Shown here: piece by piece, positions 26,475 to 37,339 of the stretch
Numbering within the stretch: the first letter of the stretch is position 1
Layout of the letters: each line of letters opens with the position of its first letter
Source of the DNA: Trichodelitschia bisporula
Taxonomy: Eukaryota
Assembly: GCA_010356995.1 (NCBI GenBank)
Contig: ML996693.1
Span: 620,001-684,000 of the forward strand
Direction: 5' to 3'
Length of the DNA stretch: 64,000 nucleotides
Translations under genes and position numbers: made by a program
Notes under the pieces: model-generated
The model's input: only the letters and a program-made list of their open reading frames with translations
The model's database searches: none
What the model was told of the DNA's origin: nothing

Positions 26475-26697
26475 TCCCAGCTAGAGCCGGGGAGTTTGGG
26501 TCAAGCTGAGGGTCAAAAGCATCTCAGGGCTCGATTTTACGCTAATTAGCGACCCCATCAGAGAGCAGAGTTTGTTACAGAAAGGATCTGCATGGAAAGC
26601 TTGTTCTTTAACTGGTCCGCCAGTAGCATAAACCCTAGCCTACACCCAAGTGCTGAGGTCCTTGTGAACTCCAGATTGAGCCCCAGCCGTACTGGGA
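26475..26697. mobile_element. Degenerate palindromic MITE-like element (type C)
   Basis: Ends TA|tcccagctagagccgggg and ccccagccgtactggga. Inner inverted motif agcgaccccatcagagagcag / gttctttaactggtccgc resembles the type A/B core. Confidence 0.55.
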
Positions 26698-26948
26698 ATA
26701 AACCAAACTCCGTTCAAGGAAGTGCTTCGAGGAACGCGCGGGATGGTGCCGGAAAGGAGTTTCCCGTCACGAAGGGGTTTTAAGCCCGGCTACACTACGC
26801 TCCTAGAAGCATGTGGATTTCAGTTCCCTACTGGATTTTAGTTCCCTGCTGGATATCTCTAGCAGTCTGCATAGACCGAGGAGGAATTTCGACGGACGCT
26901 AGATTGATTTTCTTGGTTCTTCTCATAACTTCAATACATGTAACATTT

Positions 26949-28233
26949 GACCCCTCCCAGGCGCCAAGAACTATCTTCAGCGATTGGGAGGACCAAGAAT
27001 GGGAAGCCCTGTGGAGAACCAACGGATACAAACAGGGACCAGCCTGGCACACCCCCCTGGAAGGAATACGTCCCCAACCTCCATGATGGACTACTGAAGG
27101 CCAACAGCGCCATAGCAACACAACTACGCACTGAATGCATTGGACTACGAGACTTCCTCTTCAGAGTAGGAGTCCCGACATTTGACTCCCCCCGGTGCCC
27201 CTGCGGATTGGGCGACAAACACCCAAGCATATGGTCATGAGCTGCACGCTCGGAGCGTTCCGCTCCGAGCTCTACGAGCATGCAAGAATGATTGACTACA
27301 ACAAAATGATCAATACTAGGAGAGGTCTAGAGGCAGTTACAAACTATATCATCAACAGAGGCTTCATCGGCCAATTCAAGCTAGCTAAAGAATTCCGCCA
27401 ATTTGAACCCGAGATGTGGGGAAAAAGCCGCCCACACCCCACGAACTGTTCATAAATCCACAATTTCCTAGCGAGACTGGAAGGGGACCGGATGAAAGCG
27501 AGCCACCACAAAGCTGACGGCCCGCAACCGGAACCCCCCCAGGGACCCCAAGAGAGCCGGAAAAGCTCAATACAACGGAGGCCACAGACCTCACCACACG
27601 ACACACGCAGCCCGAACCCAATCCCGTCCTCAGGGTCAACACCGTCCCCCAACCCAGCAGCAAACCCCCCGAGGTACCCTCTCCCCAGCCACAAATACAA
27701 CATACTAGGACAACATACTAGGACTAGCAACAACACCAGTCTACCCACACGTGAAGAAGAGCGGATTCAACACCACCCTTGCTACCAGGAACCGGATCTC
27801 CCCCAAAGAGGAGCCCCCCCCCCCTGGCGGCCTCCGGACACCACCTGGCATTCCTCAGTTTCCTTCCTCTCCTTCTCTCTTTCGATCACATGGCCTAGAA
27901 TCACGGGATCTGCGTTGCTGTAGGCGTTCGGCGTTTTTGGGTTTTAATTGGGATATGGAGTGTTTCTCAGTTTCTCGGCGTGCAGCCAAGTTCTCGCTTG
28001 GGACACACAAGAATGGAGCAAAGAAAAGACGATAAACACATGCAAAAGGCGTGGGGCTCACATGCCCCTCCCCAAAGGACGACTTCCAGGGCTTTTCATC
28101 AACCCTTCCAGGGAGGGTTTTTGCTGTGTAGAACCAAGGAAATTGGTCAAACCCACTCCTAAAGTGGTGAGACCCGACCATATGGCTAGCTAAAACAAGC
28201 CTGGGCGTAATCAAGCTATTATTATTATTATAA
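26949..28233 (+). mobile_element. 5'-truncated non-LTR retrotransposon remnant (Tad/I-like LINE): ORF2 C-terminus plus probable 3' UTR
   Basis: Three frameshifted segments: WEDQEWEALW / LHDGLLKANSAIATQLRTECIGLRDFLFRVGVP..PRCPCGLG / RQTPKHMVMSC..GFIGQFKLA, forming a CCHC knuckle. Probable (TAT)n tail at 28217-28232. Confidence 0.75.
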
Positions 28234-29581
28234 CAGGCAACATTTATTTTCTCACAATGCGTCTCGTAGCAGGTCAAAAGCCAGAAGCGAGTCCCTTGTA
28301 AGTTCATAGTGCTCCTGCAAACCACGGGAGTAGGGGTATTATGGCGCAGGTTCATAAATTTTAGCAGGGTTTGGGGAGATTGCAGAGGGGTTGGCAGGCT
28401 ATCTGTAGTGCTTGCATTACTGGTGCTACAACTGAGAACCATTTCTCATTTAATCACTAGGAATCAGCCGACGATAAAGTGCCATTAGAAGTAGTGATAG
28501 CACCATCGGTATAAATAAGGATTTCACTTTGATCCAGACATTGGACGATATTACACGAGGAGTCCGATGACCCAAGGAAGACAGATAAAAAATATTGGTG
28601 TAAAGAAATCCCATCAGGCGGAGTCCAATTTGAAGTGAGGCCCAGCATCCACGGAGGGAGTACCACGAGCTACCGGCTTGGTGAATGGCACAGCATAACG
28701 CGTTGCATACACATGAACTGGAGAAGGACCTCGAGTCAGAGAAGTACAAGTTGAAAAGCTTAAATTTTCTAAGACTGACACCTGCCTAAATCGCCTTCCA
28801 GCAGGCGAATGTCATAAGGGATAATTTAGGCGTGCGGGGCCAACTGGACCTTTTCATTACACCCTCTTTAGGTACCCATTTTACTGACGTCCCGCGTGTC
28901 CATGGCGCTGAGATTAGTAACATTTCTCTCACCATGGTGAGACAATTCCAGGAACACACACATATCAATATTTATTTACGTCGCATGAGTGTATTGCGAC
29001 AGGAATTTTTGACTTGGGAACGCTTTAACTGTAAAACCTGAGGGGAGTGCCGACCTCCCCCCCCCTCACACGCGCCCTACAAAATCAGGAAAATGGAACG
29101 GCAAGGCGCATTGCAGCTATAATGATAATGATGCTGATGCATTCATAGTCCGGGGCAGCCGTGCGCAATGCAGCTATGCGACGTGGATAAATGGGCATTT
29201 CTCTCCCCTCAGAGGCAAAGACATTTCATTGACTCGGGCGAACACCTATAAAAGCCCTAGCCAGGAGATAAATTGGATATTAGCAGCTTAGTCAGAAGAC
29301 AAGGATCTAATTAAACCCCAAGAATATTTAGCACCCTTAGGTATCTCGCTGCGGATGAACGAACGTCACAGTGATCTGAGAGAGAAACGAGAGATAGTGC
29401 TTGGTGTGAGATGTGGGAGCAAGCAAGCTGTCTAATGGCCGCAGGCGTTATGACTAAGGCAGACAAGCAAACAAACAACCCCAGATACGCCTACTGCCAT
29501 AGCCTGATCATACCTAGCATAATGCAGTGCTGCCAGCCATCATGAAGTACTGCCTTCTATATCCCAAAGTGATGACTGCTA

Positions 29582-29787
29582 TCCCTTGTACGGCCCAGTT
29601 ACTGGCCCAGGTACTCGTCTCCCACCTTTCCCTCTCAAAGACCAGTCAAAGGGCTAAAAATTAGGTCTGTAACAATTTCTCTATTTTTGTAGCGAATCCT
29701 AGCCCTTTAATTGGTCCATAATAGCGGAAAAGTGGGGAACGAGTGCCTAGGCATGTACCTGGGCCAGTACCTGGGCCGTACATGGGA
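29582..29787. mobile_element. MITE (type A, copy 1), TA-flanked, long imperfect TIRs
   Basis: TA|tcccttgtacggcccagttactggcccaggtac ... gtacctgggccagtacctgggccgtacatggga|TA. Confidence 0.9.
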
Positions 29788-30248
29788 TACCCGTACGCTT
29801 ATGGACGCTAAGGCCACGTCAGAAATTTCACCCTCAACTTTAACAAGCGATACACTCATACGGCATGCGTGCATTATGAGAGTCTTAGCATAATTGGAAG
29901 ATGCCTTATTTCATCAGATGAGACCTTATCAGCATCCCTTCCAGCCTGTCAACCGCAATGCAAAAAGCTCGGGATATTCGAGCCCATTAGACACCCCTCT
30001 GGTCTCTTCCACAAAGGGTGAGATATAAGCAGCGCATTTGTTTTAAGAGCTTGGGTATGCGTAAATTGTGTACTCCAAGTATTAACTGATTGAGAGAAGA
30101 AATCATGTCCAATTCTGTCTGTGGTTATCACGCGCCCTCTTCTGCTCTACTGTACCTATAAACTGCCTGTTTGGCCAGCAAAATACTTTACACGTTCAAC
30201 GCCATAGTCAGTTACAGATTTGAGCAACTTCTGTCCCCACGCCTGCAA

Positions 30249-30455
30249 TCCTTTGTACAGCCAAGGTACTGGCGCAGGTACCGGCGCAGGTACTCGTTGC
30301 CCACGTGCCCGCTATCCTGGACCAACCAAAGCAATAGGACTTGTTGCAGAAACAGAAAAAACTTTACAGAATTAGAATTAGGCTCTTTAATTGGCTCATA
30401 ATACCGGGTACGTGGGCGACGAATACCTGGGCCAGCACCTGGGCCGTACAAGGGA
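30249..30455. mobile_element. MITE (type A, copy 2, inverted relative to copy 1)
   Basis: tcctttgtacagccaaggtactggcgcaggtac ... acctgggccagcacctgggccgtacaaggga|TA. The spacer matches the reverse complement of the copy 1 spacer. Confidence 0.88.
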
Positions 30456-30638
30456 TAGTACCAGATGTATGAGCCAGCAAGTAAGCTGATATTCCACTGT
30501 GGTTTGAAATATCCGCATTTTCTTCTACTAGTGCTGAAGGCCCCAGTGGAAAGTATTCCATGTGCACACCTAGCACCTCAGATACACATGATCCGCGCTC
30601 AATACCAAATTTCTATAAAGAAAAGACATCCCATATTA

Positions 30639-30824
30639 TCCCTGGTATTGCGAGCTTCCTCATTTGAGTACTCGCTGGGGTTCTCCTGGCTAGCCATCGG
30701 ACTATTGAGACAGCGAAGTTTATTTTTTAGAACCGTTCTATAAAAGGGCAGTGCTTTCCAATCTGGCCCGCCTGTTACGGGGACGCCTGCGAGTACGCAA
30801 GTGAGGACGCCCGCAGTGCCAGAA
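30639..30824. mobile_element. Palindromic MITE-like element (type B, copy 2)
   Basis: TA|tccctggtattgcgagcttcctcatttgagtactcgc is an inverted repeat of gcgagtacgcaagtgaggacgcccgcagtgccagaa|TA. Confidence 0.75.
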
Positions 30825-31231
30825 TAATTTGCGACGTAAATATGTGACGATGGTGTAGTGCACAAGATCTACGTAATTAGAAGTATCCTAATGGGCGACT
30901 CATTTCCTACACCTTTTATTCCGAGACACCACGAGTATTATCCTTATTCAACGGGCGGTTTTTGTTACACTTTGTAACATTTTATCCCAGGGGCCGAACA
31001 AAGTCCTATGTGAACTATCAACTTCTAGTTTGTGTCGAGGCACTGTCAGAACTTGCTGTGTAGCACTTCATTTGACTTTAAGTACCCCAGAAAACTAAGT
31101 TACTTACCTGCATGACCGCTATGAATAGGGGCGCAACGAAGCTCATTGATTGGCTTGGATCAAACCCCATGTTGCAAATATATCGGCGTCTGACTAACTG
31201 ATTGCGGAGCTGCGTATGGCGGACATATCTA

Positions 31232-31449
31232 TCCCTTGTACGGCCCAGGTTCTGGCCCATGTACACGCCCAGGTACTCGTTCCCCACTGTCCCCCCTCAT
31301 AGACCTGTCCAAGAGCTGGAATTAAGTTTTGTAACTATTTTTCTATTTTTGTAACAAATCCTAGCTCTTTAATTGGTTTAGAATAGCGGAAAAGTAGGGG
31401 ACCAGTACCTGTGCATGTTCCCTTGGCCAGTACCTGGGCCGTATGGGAG
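31232..31449. mobile_element. MITE (type A, copy 3)
   Basis: TA|tcccttgtacggcccaggttctggcccatgtacacgcccaggtactcgttcccca ... ggccagtacctgggccgtatgggag. Collinear with copy 1. Confidence 0.88.
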
Positions 31450-34400
31450 ATGTCAGTCACTACTGAATCCAGTAGGCCTTTTGCACCCACAAATGTCCTT
31501 GACTGCAACGGTGGTAAGGCGCTCGGATAGTTCGTCTTCGGTATCAAATAAATGTTCCTGAGTTGAGGGCTTATATTCCAACGTGATGGTAATCCCTGAA
31601 ATCTGAGTTCAAGCCGAGCACGCCAAGTCGATTAAGATCTACTTTCTCCCATCTCAGCGGTTGATAGGCTATTAAGCTCCCGATGAATTCGGTTGGTGCC
31701 TCCTTGTAGCTCTTTGCTCTGTTACCATGTCTGAGTCCATTAGCAAACAAATGTACCTTGGTTTTTACATTTTCTAGGCTGTAGATACCTGCTCAAAGTT
31801 TCTCACGATTTCCGGTCGCAGCAGCTTGAAAGAAAGTTAACTGCTAGAGAACGCTAATTTACAGCTTCGGTGCACTTACCATCTCACGGTCTTAAACGGC
31901 AGCTTTAGAGGTAAATTTTTGTAGATGAGGGTATTGGTGCTTCTCTCAAATCTTCACTCTCATTATCAAGGGCATCATTTGGCACTATGCTTCCCAGTAT
32001 AAAATTAGGCAGTGTGGTGCTTTGCTGGCCGGTAGCAATGCAGATCCTAGGCTGAACGTTTGGATTACCTTTATCCCGCTGATCTTTGTCTGTTGGCCAC
32101 GGTCACCCGTAAAACTAGAGCAAGCCGAGCAGACCAACGAAAAAGGCATAAAACCGACATCCCTCTGCCAATCTAAGACTATAATATTTTTTCACATATT
32201 AGGCTGCACCATCTGCGTCTTTGAAGGGCGCATCTAGCTTAACATTTGCTGAAGACCGATTTACGTTCGCTATCTTTATGCAAAGCTCTCACAGCGTGGC
32301 GCAAATGCGTACCGCGTGTGAACTTTAATTGCGGCTGTGATCTTTTGGCCTCGATTTATTGCTGTTCGCAGCCCTTCCACGCGCATGACACAAGGAGAGG
32401 CTCACTCGAGTAGCCTTGTCAGAGTCATTTAGTATTTTGAATTTACGTTAGCTCGATCCTACACTGTTTGATAGCCTAACAACAATCAGTAAATATATTC
32501 TTGGATTTGGGTCCGAAAAATCACTTGGGTTTGAATTAAACTACACAGTCAAATTCTCGAATCACATTGCGCTTAGTGTATGTTGTATTTGAAGCAGGTT
32601 ATGTTAGCAAGCTTGCCTTTATGCGAATCAGGTAAAGGTGTTTCTTTGGACCAATAGAACTTCAAAAACCCAACCCTCACTCCACCAGGACCACTTTATC
32701 TTTCGGGCTTGGCGGGCAGAGGCAAACTTGTTTTAAAATGACGCTTTTACAAAACCTCTCTGCCTTTTTGACGTCGTCAACGGGCATGGACTGTAAACCC
32801 CATCTTTTAAAGAGATAGGACGTTGAGGGATGCATTTGGCAGCATCTACCGGGTCTAGTATATACCACACAAATCTGGAGCCAGTAAGATTTGCAGAACC
32901 AAATTTGCGCTCGTCCCTTTTTTCACCCAAAGGTACCCCGGCTACCACCCAGCCTCTGCGAAGATATATGGGTTTAGCCGTTGATCTCATCCATCACCTC
33001 CAAGACTTCATCGAATGAAATGGACTTTAATTAACACTTCAGTTGCGATGTATTCCAGCAGTGAGAAATCCTTTAGAATATCAATTGGATTTATCACTTG
33101 GCTGAACATGACAATACAATAGCTTGCTGTAACTTGATGTACACTTAAGAAGACTTTGTTTATCAACCGCATTTTCCCCCAAGGTCGTGGTGTGAGGGAG
33201 CATAATTTACCGAATGTCTGCTTCCGAGAGGCACCTTTGGAAGAATTTCTCGCTCTGCCGCAAGGTCTAGGTGGGCTCGATAGGGTAAGAAGATATAGTT
33301 GGCAAATGCTTCCAACCTCCCTTCTTTGATTGCTAGGCAGAAAGGCTGTTTATGTGGGCAAGAGCAATAATCACCCTCAAAATATCTTAGATCCAAGCCG
33401 TACGTGCAACCCTCCCCAAAATCAACCAGTCAGGCTCGGGATTCTCGACGAGCCACCCTACCAGAACTCCCCCAAACCCCACACTTTAGGTTGCGATGCA
33501 ATCATGCGACGTGGCTCAAAAGAATTGGGAAACAGGTGCCAGATTACTCGCCTCGATAAGGCAAATCCCATGATAAAGTCTGTCTTTGTTTACCTGAAGT
33601 GCATAAATGCTTTGCGACTTGAAAGCTTGACATCGGAATTTGAAGCGGAGATTGAGGGATAGCTGGTGTATGTACACAAATGATGGCGTGTTTGTGGTTT
33701 TGCAGCCAGTCACAGCCTTATGGGAATTTTAAGTTACATGGAGGGTTTTAGAAGCAGCCCTGCAATCATTGCTCCATCTATTACGAGGCGACAGTTTCAT
33801 CAGCGAGCAGCTTAACGTGGGAGCAATCCAGTAAAAGGGACTGAGGGCTCGCAATAGTGATCATCCAGTCTTGGGCACGCTGGATATACCGTATATACAG
33901 GACGGCAGCCGCCACTATGGGCTTTCTGGCTATGTAAGGAGAGTAGAACCCCCTGAGCTGCTCGAAATACTGCGACACGCTATAACTTGTTGCCAAATTT
34001 TATCCAACAGGCGTATAAAAACACTACGACTGACGGGCTCCAATACGCATTTTAGATAAGGGGGGAAGCTGTTTGCCGAACAGCAGATGAGCGGACGGAG
34101 GACCGCAAAAGCAAGCCTGCCGGCTCTGCCCGCGTTTCATAGAGCCAGTACCCTCCCGTAGCGGGAGTTTCAGGACACAGCAAGATGGTGCACGATGAAG
34201 AATGTTGGTGAAATGAGAGTTACGGGATGCATGAGTCCATGGCGCATCTGGAGAGCGATGCATGGATTGCACAAAGAATACCACGGAGGCTTTCTTAGCG
34301 CCGATGGACGATGAGGCTCAACCAGCCGAGCTCCACTAGCGCGACACTAAATTGTGAGAGGTCGCATGGTGCATGCGGCGAGGCTAGGTCCATCTCAAGT

Positions 34401-35317
34401 ACGGTCGTACTCCACGAGAAAGCTCGGGCGGAAATAGTCATAAACTAATATCTATTAAGTGAAGTCCTAGAATGGACTCAGGTAAGTAACAGGCGCAGAA
34501 GGGACACGACACATATCCAAGGTACTCGGAAGTGGGTCGCCGACAGGTCAGCGAGGCCTAGATCAGGCTTGCGAGCTGGCTGGACACCGTGTCCGTTGAT
34601 ACCTGAAATGACGGGTAAAAGGCCCAATCGCTACAAAAAGCTGGAACAATGTGCACGTAAATAGAAGTGGAGAGGAGAGGAGAAAATGTGATCGAAATGT
34701 GATGGGAAGGGGGTTGACAGACGAATGTCAAGGATGGGGGGCATTTGAATCGGAGATCTGGCAGATCACTGGATCGCTGACAAGCATCTGGACTGAGCGA
34801 TGAGAGGTGGCGCACGTGTCAGGAGAACCTTGCAAATGGTTACAAAAGTGTCGTCGAATGTCGAGTGTCGACTTGCCGAGCCGACAAATAGAGTTCCATC
34901 GCGCGGCCAGAAGAGCAGACCGGGGGGGTTCGTTGCGGAAAGGGAATGCCTCTCGGTCAGAAACCACCTCACGACCTCTCACAGGCCGCCAAATTCGATA
35001 AATTCCCCCCGGACGGCGGAGCCGGAATCCCGCCTTGTACGACGAAAGCTCGCGCCCGTCTACACGCACGTTTTCTCATGCACCAACATCTGTCGACCAG
35101 CCTCCCTGAAGTCATAGTGCACAGCCGACGCCATCGTTAGCCGCGGGTACGACCGTGAACAGCTGGATGCAAGCCCATACGATCCTCGCAAGGCGAGACT
35201 CGAGATGCCAGGATCAGTTGGGTAGCTCCAACAAGCCATCATGGAGCGTAAAGGAATGCCACCTTAGCGAGGCGAGTCGCATATGCCATGGAAGCTACGA
35301 GCTGAAAAGTCTGCCCA

Positions 35318-35323
35318 TATAAA
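35318..35323 (+). promoter_or_regulatory. Putative TATA box of the epimerase gene
   Basis: TATAAA about 95 bp upstream of ATG 35414, followed by a CT-rich leader. Confidence 0.5.
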
Positions 35324-35413
35324 GGCAGTTGCCGCTAGTAGAAGGAGGCCAGCGAAGGCTATACTTTGACATCTCGAAGCCTTCATCATCTCTCATCTTT
35401 CCATAACCATCCA

Positions 35414-36661
35414 ATGGCACTCACGAGACCCTCCAGTCCCGATTCGCAAGGCTGGCAGTCCGGCACCAGCACGCCGCGAACCGAGAACTCTGTCCTGTTC
35501 GGTGACCTCTTCGGCGATGATGACTTCATACTCGTTGTCGGCGGCCTCGGCTACATTGGCAGCCACACAACATGGGAGCTCCTGAAAGCCGGACGCAGTG
35601 TGGTCATTGTCGACAACTTGAGCAACGCATTCCGGACGGTCCTTGAGCGGCTGCAGACGATGCTCCAGGCGCATTACCCGGACATCAGCCAGGCGCCTCT
35701 GATCCGCTTCCACAACATTGATTACCGCAACGTTGCTGCGATGCGAATCGTCCTCGAAATGTACGCTCGGACGCCATCTCCGGAGCGGCCGCGCCCGTCC
35801 AGCATTGCGGGCGTCATCCATTTCGCCGCGTACAAGGCCGTGGCTGAGAGCGTCGAGCAGCCGCTGCGGTACTACGCCAACAACGTCGCTGGCATGATCG
35901 ACTTCTGCGGGTTGCTAGACGAGTTTGGCGTCAAGACTTTCGTCCTTTCATCATCGGCAACCGTCTATGGCGAGCTGGCGAACAAGGGCGGGCGACTCCC
36001 AGAAGAGTACTGCACACACGCAACGACAAACTGGCAGGATGCTGAGGGGCGCCATCAGACAACCTTTGGGGGCTCTAGCGGGCTCACGAATCCGTATGGC
36101 CGCACAAAGTGGATGTGCGAGGCCATCCTCCATGACTTGGCGGCATCAGATCCCGAGTGGACGGTCGTGGCGCTGCGTTACTTCAATCCCATCGGATGCG
36201 ATGCGTCGGGCCATCTGGGTGAGGATCCGAGGGCGACGCCAAATAACCTGATGCCGGTGGTGGTGCGGGTACTCACAGGCGAGCTGGAGGTGCTCGACAT
36301 TTTTGGGACGGACTGGGACACTCGCGATGGCACGGCTATTCGGGACTTCATCCACGTCACTGACCTCGCGCGTGGGCACTTGGCGGCGCTTTCGGCCACC
36401 TCTGATAAGCTGGCGACCGGCTTTCATTCCTTCAACCTGGGCACTGGAACGGGCCATACAGTCAAGGAAGTCGTGGCGGCCATGGAGGGAGCATCTGGGA
36501 AGAGCATCGCGGTTCGCCACAGTGAGCGGCGCGAGGGAGACGTAGCCATGTGCATCGCAGACCCGAAGAAGGCCGCTACCCTCCTGGGTTGGAAAACGGA
36601 GAAGACGCTTGACGACTGCTGCCGCGACATTTGCCGTTTCCTGAGACTCCTGAGACTCTGA
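35414..36661 (+). CDS. uge3: UDP-glucose/UDP-GlcNAc 4-epimerase (GalE-type extended SDR), Uge3-like
   Basis: Intronless. Motifs: GGLGYIGSHT, VIHFAAYKAVAES, SSSATVYG, YGRTK (YxxxK), LRYFNPIG, RDFIHVTDLARGH. No mutarotase domain. The N-terminal extension and the insert before NPYGRTKWMCEAILHDLAASDPEW match my recollection of A. fumigatus Uge3. Confidence 0.85.
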   Translation: MALTRPSSPDSQGWQSGTSTPRTENSVLFGDLFGDDDFILVVGGLGYIGSHTTWELLKAGRSVVIVDNLSNAFRTVLERLQTMLQAHYPDISQAPLIRFHNIDYRNVAAMRIVLEMYARTPSPERPRPSSIAGVIHFAAYKAVAESVEQPLRYYANNVAGMIDFCGLLDEFGVKTFVLSSSATVYGELANKGGRLPEEYCTHATTNWQDAEGRHQTTFGGSSGLTNPYGRTKWMCEAILHDLAASDPEWTVVALRYFNPIGCDASGHLGEDPRATPNNLMPVVVRVLTGELEVLDIFGTDWDTRDGTAIRDFIHVTDLARGHLAALSATSDKLATGFHSFNLGTGTGHTVKEVVAAMEGASGKSIAVRHSERREGDVAMCIADPKKAATLLGWKTEKTLDDCCRDICRFLRLLRL

Positions 36662-37339
36662 GTGTGTTTTTATTTTGGCCTGTTATTCTTTGCTTTTCTT
36701 TCTACAGCATGGGAGGGAAGTCAGTTCGAAAAGCGAGGGTTTTGAGCACATATGAATAGATGGATGGGTAGTATGGGTAGTATGTACTGGTATCTTTATC
36801 CGTGTTGTCGTTTTCTAGAGAGCAGATGTTGATGAAGGAGAGAGGCTTCGAAGTCGGTCGGATGATAGTTTATTGTACTGCAGTATTTCGCACTTTCTCA
36901 CCATTGGGACAGGAGTAATGAAGTCCAAGATGCCATGGATGATGCTATCGTGACCGTGTTATGTAACTGGCGACGATGGAGCCTGGCTTGGGTGAGCTGA
37001 TGATGGTGATGCATGCAGAGAAGGTGTCGACCGATGTGACTCCGGAGTTGCCCCTTGTGCGTTCCCGCAGTATGGCGCTGTGGCGCATATGTGATTTGTG
37101 AGGCTGAAGGAGGATTCAGGATGGAATGGTGGCAGGCTGAATATGGCATGGCAACGTGTAATGTTGCCCAATATCCTTTCAGCAAACCAGCAAACCAGCA
37201 AATGGCCATTGTGCAGACCCACTTCCAGGTATGTACGTACATGTTGCCACTTGCATGCCATGACGGGCCAGGAACGCGTCACATCCCCGCCCCTGCATTT
37301 ATGCCCATCACATCAAGATCTCCCATTCATCCAAACCCC

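Noticed and set aside
29580..31449. Repeat-spacer-like pattern suggesting a CRISPR array
   Set aside because: Eukaryotic context, repeats are inverted arms of ~210-bp elements with irregular spacing, and there are no cas genes.
32400..34100. Short ORFs as possible decayed GAG-cluster or transposase genes
   Set aside because: No recognisable motifs by eye. TBLASTN would be needed to support any call.
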